Shown in pieces: positions 1 to 7,694 of a DNA stretch of 27,883 nt. The notes beneath the pieces are model-generated. The model was not told the DNA's origin, did not search any database, and saw only the letters and a list, made by a program, of their open reading frames with translations. The position numbers and the translations under genes are program-made. Every line of letters begins with the position of its first letter. Position 1 is the first letter of the stretch. The stretch covers positions 1-27,883 of the forward strand of contig JBLIRP010000027.1 of NCBI GenBank assembly GCA_049472355.1, in the 5' to 3' direction. This DNA is from a bacterium (lineage in GTDB: Bacteria; SZUA-182; DTGQ01; JAFGSM01).

Positions 1-1
1 T

Positions 2-1720
2 CACGATCGGCCCCTGGGTGCCTTCATACTCCGCGACGTAATCGGAGGGTTCCTCCTTCTCTTCGATGAATTCCAGGGAACCATCCTCCTCCTCCTGGCG
101 TATCTCCTCGATAAGCTGCTCGATACCACCTTCCGGTCCCTGCTGGCTGCTGTAAAACCGGTCGATGGCATTCATCAGAAAGTATTCGGCAGCGCCGAAG
201 GGGACGATCGTGTATCCCGATATGAACTCCAGGTCGCTTATCTTGTTCATGTCCTTCGGATTGTCGAGCGCGGTGTAGAGCCTCTGGTCATCAAGCTTGA
301 AGGGCAGTGAGTAGTAGCGCTTCGCATACTTTGATGGTATGGTCTCCAGGATATTGTTGGGGATGTTTGTGAGCTCGGTCAGATGGAGCATGGAATACCC
401 CGTGAATTGCTCCGACAGATACTGGAGCACCTCCTTTTCATTCAGGTAGTTCAGCGCGGCTACGGTGTACTGGATGGAACGGCCGCTTGTCTTCCGCGTG
501 GAAAGCACCTGCTGGAGCTGCTGTCTGCTGAGCCTGGCATCGGAATAGAGCCGGTGTCCGAGTGTTTCATCGACATAGTAGCCATCGGATTTCTCCTGTT
601 TGCTGCAGGCAGTCCGAAGGCTTTCGGTGAGGGCCAGGTAAGTGTCGATGTGATCCTCCTGCTTCAGCCTGGCGGTCAGCTTGTTGATCAGGTTGCTCGA
701 CACCTCACGAAAATTCTCGCTGACCTTGTCGAGCTCGTCGAGCCCCGAGATGATCGCATTGAATCCCTGGGCCACCATCTTGCGAATCTGCCAGGATTGA
801 TCATCGAGCCTTTTGCCATAGTGATCGAGCAGGGTCCGTGCCTCGTCGATCCTGCCTGCTTCAAGGTATGCGGACAGCTTCTCCTTGATTTCAACGGCAT
901 GCCTCGCCAGGAAGTCTATTTCCGGGACCGAGCTTCCCGGGACCTCCCTGAGGGTGATATCGTCCGGCGTATCCGATCCTTCCAGGCAGAGCCCGCTTGA
1001 TCCATCCGAAAGGGAGCCCTCCGCGTGGCGAGGAGACGCATTCGATCCATCAACGGCATCATCCTTCAGGGAGACCTCCTCACCATCCCCAATGGTCCCG
1101 GGGTCTTCATCGAGAATGAACTCATCGATACCGGGGACCTCAGGGGGAGCGCCCCCGGCGCCGTCGAGATCATCCGCCCGGTATCCGGGATCGGAGGGAA
1201 CCACTTCCTTCCCTGTTTCATCATCGATCTCATATACATCCGAACCCTGGATGCCCTTTGCCGGTGCCGCCCCACCCACTGCCCGGCTGTAATGGACCTC
1301 TTTGATTTTTATAGAGGAAATACCTCGCTTCCTGAGGTTCTCCGCCATTCCCCCCTTCTTGCACAGTTCTTCCGGCTGCGCCGACAATGCCTGCAAAAGG
1401 TCCTTCAAATCCTGCTGCGAGAGCCCCCTGGTAAAGGTGACACCCGACACATTCCGTGCGAGCATTTCGCTGATCAACTTGAAGGAGAAATCGAATCCCC
1501 TGTTAATCGGGGTATCCTCCACCAGCAACGTATCCTGGGCGACACGAATGGTTATCCTGTTTTTTTTCTTGAGAAGCGTGGAGAAAAGCTGAAAGGCCTT
1601 TTGGACCGGTTTGACGGAGGCGGGGTGATTTGCAGGGTAGGATCCTATCCCTTTCAGGCCAAGATAGAGATGTTTCACGGCGTCTTGCAACGCCGGCCGC
1701 CGCTCGCCTTTTTGGGGCAT
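2..1720 (-). CDS. PilB/GspE-like secretion/pilus ATPase with long N-terminal extension (5' part only; runs off the window edge)
   Basis: Not in the ORF track because it has no stop in the window. Manual translation from ATG 1720 (GAGGTG RBS) stays open for 573 codons. It reads MPQKGERRPALQDAVKHLYLGLKGIGSYPANHP..., then an acidic linker, a degenerate MshEN-like segment (TLGHRLYSDARLSRQQLQQVL), the T2SSE_N-like IPSKYAKRYYSLPFKLDDQRLYTALDNPKDMNKISDLEFISGYTI, and ends ...EGTQGPIV, like the PilB 'APIV' motif. The ATPase domain itself is outside the window. Confidence 0.75.
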   Translation of the reverse strand, partial: MPQKGERRPALQDAVKHLYLGLKGIGSYPANHPASVKPVQKAFQLFSTLLKKKNRITIRVAQDTLLVEDTPINRGFDFSFKLISEMLARNVSGVTFTRGLSQQDLKDLLQALSAQPEELCKKGGMAENLRKRGISSIKIKEVHYSRAVGGAAPAKGIQGSDVYEIDDETGKEVVPSDPGYRADDLDGAGGAPPEVPGIDEFILDEDPGTIGDGEEVSLKDDAVDGSNASPRHAEGSLSDGSSGLCLEGSDTPDDITLREVPGSSVPEIDFLARHAVEIKEKLSAYLEAGRIDEARTLLDHYGKRLDDQSWQIRKMVAQGFNAIISGLDELDKVSENFREVSSNLINKLTARLKQEDHIDTYLALTESLRTACSKQEKSDGYYVDETLGHRLYSDARLSRQQLQQVLSTRKTSGRSIQYTVAALNYLNEKEVLQYLSEQFTGYSMLHLTELTNIPNNILETIPSKYAKRYYSLPFKLDDQRLYTALDNPKDMNKISDLEFISGYTIVPFGAAEYFLMNAIDRFYSSQQGPEGGIEQLIEEIRQEEEDGSLEFIEEKEEPSDYVAEYEGTQGPIV

Positions 1721-1863
1721 GGATCACCTCTGCATCAATAATTGATTGTGGTTGTCGTCATTACATTCCCTTCACCTCGCTTTCCTGCTCCCCTGTGCGC
1801 AAAAACCTTTGATGACCGGAACGTCCGGGATCGCCCGTGATTCAAGCGAATCCCGATGACCGC

Positions 1864-2142
1864 TCATCGTTTATGTTCGGCCCTGCGGCCGCCCCGCCGC
1901 ATAATCACCCTCCGAAGACACCATCTCCAGCCTGCCGCAAGGATGTGCATAAAACCAGGGCGGCGGCATGAAACGATCTCCATGCCCCTCTGACCGCGAG
2001 AAAAGGGGCTGGTGTGAGAAAGATCACCCCTCTCCCCGAAAAGGATCCTGCCTGATCCACCCCTGACATCATCGATGGGCACAAGATCCTCGATGTGTAT
2101 TACCTTTGTCTCGTCCTTTCCTTTAAATCCCTTCCCCCTCAT
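1864..2142 (-). CDS. Small protein with double-glycine-type leader (candidate substrate of the neighbouring C39 ABC exporter)
   Basis: 92 aa with AGGGGTG RBS, just downstream of a sigma54 promoter. N-terminus MRGKGFKGKDETKVIHIEDLVPIDDVRGG|SGRILFGE ends in GG at residues 28-29. Confidence 0.6.
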   Translation of the reverse strand: MRGKGFKGKDETKVIHIEDLVPIDDVRGGSGRILFGERGDLSHTSPFSRGQRGMEIVSCRRPGFMHILAAGWRWCLRRVIMRRGGRRAEHKR

Positions 2143-2179
2143 ACAACACCCCTATCCAAAGGGAAGATACCACCATAAA

Positions 2180-2196
2180 TGCAAGGCCCATGCCAA
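2180..2196 (-). promoter_or_regulatory. sigma54 (-24/-12) promoter
   Basis: Minus strand reads TTGGCATGGGCCTTGCA: GG-N10-GC, matching TGGCA(C)-N5-TTGC(A/T). It lies about 40 bp upstream of ATG 2142 and directly downstream of a bEBP gene. Confidence 0.85.
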
Positions 2197-2211
2197 TCGG
2201 CTCTTTGCCGC

Positions 2212-2224
2212 TATTATCTTGATA
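2212..2224 (-). promoter_or_regulatory. Possible IHF site
   Basis: Minus strand TATCAAGATAATA has one mismatch to WATCAANNNNTTR. It sits in an AT-rich patch just upstream of the -24 box, the usual IHF position at sigma54 promoters. Confidence 0.35.
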
Positions 2225-2308
2225 TAATTTGTTTTTTAAGCAATTTACTCATGCCGTGCACCGCACCATGGTTGCTTTATGATCACACACGTAAGGTTTC
2301 TATACACC

Positions 2309-3313
2309 TCATCGCGACGCATGCAATGCCAGCTTCCGGTCAAGGGTTGCCCTGGAAATACCCAGTATCCTGGCGGACTGTCTCTTGTTCCCGTTCATCT
2401 TCTCGAGGACGATCCTGATGTAGCGCTGCTCAACCTCCTCCAGCGACAAACCCGCATCGACGTCAAGGGAGGACCCGCTCGATTCCGGTTCGGAAGCGGT
2501 GCCCGGGAATTCCATCCTGTCGATGAGGATCGCATCCCCCTTGATGACGTCCCCTTTCGTGATGGCAACGGCGGCATTGACCACACGATTCAGCTCCCTC
2601 AGATTTCCCGGCCAGTGATAGGAAAAGAGCCTGTCTGCCGCCTTCTTGTCCAGCCCCCTGATCGATTTGTCCTGCTTTTGATTCGCCGCCACAATCTCCC
2701 CGGCCACAAGGGTGCGCAGGTCATTGGGCCGCTCCCTGAGAGGGGGGATGCAGATCCTGATGCCGCACAGGCGATAGAACAGGTCCTTCCTGAACCTGTC
2801 GAGCTCCATGAAACTCTGCAACGGGAGATGGGTGGCCGAAATGAGCCGCACATCGGCAATCAGGATCTTCTCCGAACCGAGCCTTTCAAACTCACCATAC
2901 TCCACCGCCCTCAGGATCTTTGATTGTGCGGCAGTGCTCATGTCCGCGATCTCATCGATGAACAGCGTCCCCTTGTCGGCCAGTTCAAACTTCCCCTTCA
3001 CCACCTTTTCGGCGCCGGTGAATGCACCCCTCTCGTGCCCGAACAACTGGCTGTCCAGGAGCGTATCGCTCAGGGCCGCGGCATTGAACGACACAAAGGG
3101 CCCTTCCGACCTCTTGGAGGAGTTGTGGATTGCCTTTGCAAGCAGGGTCTTGCCGGAGCCGGTCTCGCCGTGGATAAGAATGGGCAAATCGGTCTGGGAG
3201 GCGATCTTTGCCATTTCAAGACAGTTCTGCATGGATGCATCCGCTGTCCTGAAGTCGTCGAGGGTGCAGTCGTTCAGGTTCACCTGCTGATCCATGTATC
3301 GGTCTATGTGCAT
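2309..3313 (-). CDS. sigma54-dependent transcriptional activator (bEBP) with AAA+ and Fis-type HTH, no N-terminal sensory domain
   Basis: Walker A GETGSGKT, FGHERGAFTGA, Walker B LFIDEI, FRKDLFYRL, WPGNLREL, C-terminal GNKRQSARILGISRATLDRKL. Only about 20 aa precede the AAA+ domain. Confidence 0.95.
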   Translation of the reverse strand: MHIDRYMDQQVNLNDCTLDDFRTADASMQNCLEMAKIASQTDLPILIHGETGSGKTLLAKAIHNSSKRSEGPFVSFNAAALSDTLLDSQLFGHERGAFTGAEKVVKGKFELADKGTLFIDEIADMSTAAQSKILRAVEYGEFERLGSEKILIADVRLISATHLPLQSFMELDRFRKDLFYRLCGIRICIPPLRERPNDLRTLVAGEIVAANQKQDKSIRGLDKKAADRLFSYHWPGNLRELNRVVNAAVAITKGDVIKGDAILIDRMEFPGTASEPESSGSSLDVDAGLSLEEVEQRYIRIVLEKMNGNKRQSARILGISRATLDRKLALHASR

Positions 3314-3417
3314 GTCAATGATAACCGGCCCTCCCGGTATGTTTTTTCCCGATGCCTTTGCATGACGCTGCCGTACCTGCGGGGGTCACCCCCCGGGGCC
3401 ACCGTGCAGGGCAGGGA

Positions 3418-6400
3418 TCACCTGCATAAACCGCACGGCGCATTTTCAGACTCCTCCCTTATCTTTTCGGAACGTCCGGGCCTTTTCATTTCCTGTTCCA
3501 TGCCGAAGAGCTGGCGGAAAATGCCTCCCAACTCCATGAGATCCTTGTACGTCCCTTGCTCGACAAGGATCCCCTTCTCCAACACCATGACGAGGTCCGC
3601 CTGCCTGATATGGGAGGCCCTGTTATCAACGAAAAAACATGTCCGGCCCGCCAGGAACCTGTTCATATTCTCGATGAACGCGTTTTCGAAATCCCTGTCC
3701 AGGAAGCAGGTGGCATTATCGAAGAGGATGACCGACGGCCGGTGATAGAGTATCCGCGCGATCGCTATGCGCTGGCGTTGACTCGCGGAGAGTGCCAGGC
3801 CGGAGTCTCCCACCCTGGTGTCATACCCGAGGGGCAACCGCTCGATGAATGCATGGGCATTGCTCAGGCGCGCCGCCCAGAGCACCTGATCCATATCCGG
3901 CTCCCACTCCCCCAGTGCGATGTTCTGTGCTATGCTCCCCTCAAAAAGGTGATTCTCCTGGAGCACCAGGCCGCAATGCCTCCGCAGATCACGATGATTC
4001 AATGTCTTCGCATCGACATTGTCATAGAATACCGCCCCCCCGGTTGGGTCCAACAGCCCGGCAATGCACTTGAGCAGCGTAGTCTTCCCCGAACCGTTGC
4101 GTCCCACTATGCACACCCTTTTTCCGGCGGGCACATCAAAGCTGATGTGGTTGAGTATGCACGAAGATTCCGGCCCTGCAAAGCGGAAGCTGACATCCTG
4201 AAAACGAATCCGGCCGTCCAGTGCCCTTACCGGCTTGAGCCCGGAGTGGTTGCTCCCCTGTTCCGGCGCCTGATCCATGATATCCTGCAACCTCCGGGAG
4301 ATCCTCACCAGGGACTGGGCATCCTGCCATCCGGAAAACAAGGTGCTGATGGCCCGGGTGGCAAGGCCCGCCAGAAAACCGAAGGCAACCAATCCCCCTA
4401 TGGTGAGTTTCCAGTGCAGGACCTGACGCGCCCCGATCCACCAGAACAGGGCAATGGCAAAAAGGCCTATCAGACTGACGATCCCGTCATACCACATGAG
4501 GGTGAAACCCGCCTTGACCAGGGGGGCCGTCGCCCCGCGGAATTGCTCCAGTGCCCTTTTTCTCAGCATCTCCTCTGAGCCCGTCGACTTGACGGTCTCT
4601 ATCCCCTGCACGATGTCACGTTCCATGGCGAAGTATTTGGCAAAAAACTCCTCACGCACAGTGAGGTTGAGCTTCAATTGTCGGGTGGAACAGCGCATGA
4701 GCAGGAACAGGAGGGGAATCGTTGCACAAAAGGCCAATCCCATGGCAGGGCTGTAATATGCCATGAGTACCAGGCAGAACACAAGCTGCGTCACTGCCAT
4801 CAGGATATCCGCGCCGTTCTCCACCACGTAATCGAGCAGCGGCCGTATACCCTCGATGGATTGCTGCACAAACACCGTGACTCGCGAATTAAAAAAGGCC
4901 ATGGGGAGATCCAGCAATTTTTTGATAATGGAATCCATGGCTGATATATCGATGTGCGCCGAGGCAAAACTCAGGAGATGTCGCTGGAGCGCCAGGGCAA
5001 TGGTCATCAGGACCATGATCCCCGCCATGGAAAGGGCAAACACCGAAAGCAGCCCCTGGTCCTGGGCGACAATCCCTCCATCGATGAGCCTCTGGATGAA
5101 TACCGGCAGCGAAACCTGCAGGAGGCCGATGACAATGGTCACCCCGATGATCTTGGCGACAACGCCCTTGAAGGGCCGGAAAAAGGGCCAGAGCCATTGC
5201 ACGGAAGAGGTCTCCTCCGAATCCCTCTCCCCCTTGTGCGAGTAATCAAAAAGGGCTGCATACCCCGTCCATTCCCTCTCGAATTCCTTACGTTCCATGC
5301 GCGTGATCCCCACCGCGGGGTCCGCCACATTCACATACCGCCTGTCCATATCGTACAGGACCACCCAGTGGTCCCCCTTCAGATGGACAATGGCCGGCAA
5401 CGGCATTTTGTGCAGGTTGCGTTTGGATGCCTTAATGGCGCGGGCCTCAAGCCCCAGTTCCCGTGCGGCCCGGCAGATCGCCTTGAGGCTGGTGCCTTCT
5501 GCTCCGGTGTATGCCAGTTGACGCAGGTGATTCAATCCCACATGATTTCCGAAAAACCTGCACACCATTGCCAGGCTCGCCACGCCGCAGTCGGTTTCAT
5601 CCCCCTGCCAGATGTAGGGGAAACAGCGTATCCGCTTCTTGTTTCTTTTCACAAAGAGCCCCTCGGGAGAGGCAAAGGGGCCGAGCGTGGCGCTCACTGC
5701 CGTTCCGGTGTATTCCTCCTCGGGTTCCTCCGGTGTGACCGCTTCCTCCACCTCCTTCTCCTCCTGCCGCTCGCTGCCCAGTAGCTCCTGGTGGAAATCC
5801 AGGGGTATGCCATCGATGTGACGGTAGTCGTATTGAGAAATCCTCTCCTCGATCCGGGTTATGAATTCGGGGTAATTATCGATCATCATCCTGAAGCTCT
5901 CCCGCATGAGCATGAGGAGCTTGCATGGGGTAAGTGCCTGGACGGATGCAGAGCGGCTGATCCCCTTAAACATGGATAATTCCCCGAAAAAGTCGCCCTT
6001 TCTCAGGTATGCCCGGTACACCCGGTCATGGCCCTCTCCGGTAAAGACCCTAAGCATTCCATCCTCGACAATGTACATGGGGCCGGCCTCATCCCCCTCC
6101 CGGATGACCACCTCTCCTGTGTTGACAGCAATCTCCCTGGCCTCGGAGAGCAAGGTCTTCAAGGCCGCAATGGGAAGACGGGCGAACGGGGTGTATTCCA
6201 GGAAGAAATTGTGCAGATTGCGGTAGCGTATCTGCAATTCGAAGTATTCACTGATCTCCGGATTTGTGGTGATCAGCCCCTGGAACAGCGAGGCATCGAG
6301 CCTGAAGGCAACGGCCTCGGTGCTGGCGCGGACCGTCGCCATCCTCCTCTTTTCCGTCCGGGAGAGGAGCCCCATCTCCCCGAAGGTATCCCCTGGCCGA

Positions 6401-6624
6401 AGCAGGTAGAGGGATATCTCGTCCCCGTTTGCATCCAGCTTCACCACGCGCGCCCTCCCGGAGGCCAGGACATAGAAGGCATCCGCAGGCTCTCCCTCCT
6501 TCACGATGATATGCCCGAACGGGTAGGAAACCGGCACAAAGCTGCTGATGACCAGTTCTTTGACATCCTTCGGCAGCAGTGCGAAGATCGAAAGATTATT
6601 GAGCACCGAATACTCATTCTCCAT
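3418..6624 (-). CDS. Peptidase-containing ABC exporter (PCAT): 2x cNMP-binding + C39 peptidase + TMD + NBD
   Basis: cNMP motifs FGEMGLL...RMATVRA and FGELSMFKGISRSASVQA. C39 motifs QGDETDCGVASLAMV and LPAIVHLKGDHWVVLYD. Hydrophobic TMD, then NBD with GRNGSGKTT. Start moved to ATG 6624 (AGGAG RBS, just after the upstream TAG). Confidence 0.93.
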   Translation of the reverse strand: MENEYSVLNNLSIFALLPKDVKELVISSFVPVSYPFGHIIVKEGEPADAFYVLASGRARVVKLDANGDEISLYLLRPGDTFGEMGLLSRTEKRRMATVRASTEAVAFRLDASLFQGLITTNPEISEYFELQIRYRNLHNFFLEYTPFARLPIAALKTLLSEAREIAVNTGEVVIREGDEAGPMYIVEDGMLRVFTGEGHDRVYRAYLRKGDFFGELSMFKGISRSASVQALTPCKLLMLMRESFRMMIDNYPEFITRIEERISQYDYRHIDGIPLDFHQELLGSERQEEKEVEEAVTPEEPEEEYTGTAVSATLGPFASPEGLFVKRNKKRIRCFPYIWQGDETDCGVASLAMVCRFFGNHVGLNHLRQLAYTGAEGTSLKAICRAARELGLEARAIKASKRNLHKMPLPAIVHLKGDHWVVLYDMDRRYVNVADPAVGITRMERKEFEREWTGYAALFDYSHKGERDSEETSSVQWLWPFFRPFKGVVAKIIGVTIVIGLLQVSLPVFIQRLIDGGIVAQDQGLLSVFALSMAGIMVLMTIALALQRHLLSFASAHIDISAMDSIIKKLLDLPMAFFNSRVTVFVQQSIEGIRPLLDYVVENGADILMAVTQLVFCLVLMAYYSPAMGLAFCATIPLLFLLMRCSTRQLKLNLTVREEFFAKYFAMERDIVQGIETVKSTGSEEMLRKRALEQFRGATAPLVKAGFTLMWYDGIVSLIGLFAIALFWWIGARQVLHWKLTIGGLVAFGFLAGLATRAISTLFSGWQDAQSLVRISRRLQDIMDQAPEQGSNHSGLKPVRALDGRIRFQDVSFRFAGPESSCILNHISFDVPAGKRVCIVGRNGSGKTTLLKCIAGLLDPTGGAVFYDNVDAKTLNHRDLRRHCGLVLQENHLFEGSIAQNIALGEWEPDMDQVLWAARLSNAHAFIERLPLGYDTRVGDSGLALSASQRQRIAIARILYHRPSVILFDNATCFLDRDFENAFIENMNRFLAGRTCFFVDNRASHIRQADLVMVLEKGILVEQGTYKDLMELGGIFRQLFGMEQEMKRPGRSEKIREESENAPCGLCR

Positions 6625-6629
6625 GTGAG

Positions 6630-7694
6630 CTACTCCTTGTGGATGATGGTTTCCCATCGAACCACTCGCCGTATCTCGGAATCGAAAAGGTGGTCCAGGA
6701 TGGCATCCTGTGCCCTCTGCCGCAACAGGGGATCGTCATCCGACGGCATCACCTTCGTTTGTATCAGGAAAAGACGGGGATTCCCGCCGGCATGAACGGG
6801 GCCGACCAGTTCACCCTTCCGGGAACACAGGAAGGGGCCGTACAGGGAGGGCTCCACCTGCTCGAGGTAAAAATGGTCCTCGCGCACCCGGCATCCCATC
6901 CGTGCCGCCACATCGCCGATCCCTTCCCCATCCTCCCGTACACAGAGCGCAGCCTCCCGGGCCACTTGCTCGTCAGGGGTGGAGAGGCAGAGGCAATCGA
7001 TCCGTATCCACTCGATATTGTGCAATTGTATCTCCTTGCGGATCGCATCCGGCGTACACTGCGCCGTACAGAAATCCCGATACGATGCCTCCATGCAGGC
7101 AAGGGCCTTCAGCCTCTTCCCCATGGCGTCCGGGATGCCATAGGCCTCACCGCATTCCTGTATATTCCGGGTGAACGCTTCGAGCAGGTCCTTCGCATTC
7201 TTTGCCACCGATCCCCCTTCGCCCGATCTTCGTTCATGTATGGATGCACGCACCGCCAGCTTGCGGCACAGGCTGACCAGTCGACCGGAACATACCCCCA
7301 CGGTCTTTACCTCGCCCTCTATTTCCTCTTCAGTTACCGGAAAGCGGTTCGTGATCTCCTCCATCCTGTCCGCCCACCTTTCCCTCAGCAGGGACATGCA
7401 CACATATTTCATCCAATCCACGATTCCCAGCCCCCACTGCCGGAGCCACACCTCCACCTCTTCACCCGAGATCAGGCTCTGCCGGTAGCGATATTCCTTC
7501 AGTGCGTTCTCCATCTCCTCATCCGTGGGGGATTCCCCTGTTTCCCTCATCCGCTTTGCACACGCCAGTCCCTGGCGCGCCTCTTCCCTCAACGGGCCCC
7601 ACTCCCCCCAGGCCATTGCCGCAAAAACCACATCCTCCCAGCAATAGGTCTTCCCCCCCGCGGTAAACACCGCCTGCCCGATCAAGGTCTTCAT
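6630..7694 (-). CDS. Parvulin/PpiC-like foldase-related protein
   Basis: 354 aa with AAGGAGG upstream. The C-terminal part (EQVAREAALCVREDGEGIGDVAA...KGELVGPVHAGGNPRLFLIQTK...LRQRAQDAILDHLF) resembles the PPIase-like proteins that accompany cNMP-C39 exporters. Its stop lies 5 bp before the PCAT start. Confidence 0.6.
   Translation of the reverse strand: MKTLIGQAVFTAGGKTYCWEDVVFAAMAWGEWGPLREEARQGLACAKRMRETGESPTDEEMENALKEYRYRQSLISGEEVEVWLRQWGLGIVDWMKYVCMSLLRERWADRMEEITNRFPVTEEEIEGEVKTVGVCSGRLVSLCRKLAVRASIHERRSGEGGSVAKNAKDLLEAFTRNIQECGEAYGIPDAMGKRLKALACMEASYRDFCTAQCTPDAIRKEIQLHNIEWIRIDCLCLSTPDEQVAREAALCVREDGEGIGDVAARMGCRVREDHFYLEQVEPSLYGPFLCSRKGELVGPVHAGGNPRLFLIQTKVMPSDDDPLLRQRAQDAILDHLFDSEIRRVVRWETIIHKE

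Noticed and set aside
383..1741. Long plus-strand ORFs 383-1000, 885-1292 and 1025-1741
   Set aside because: Antisense shadows of the minus-strand PilB-like gene; no recognisable motifs.
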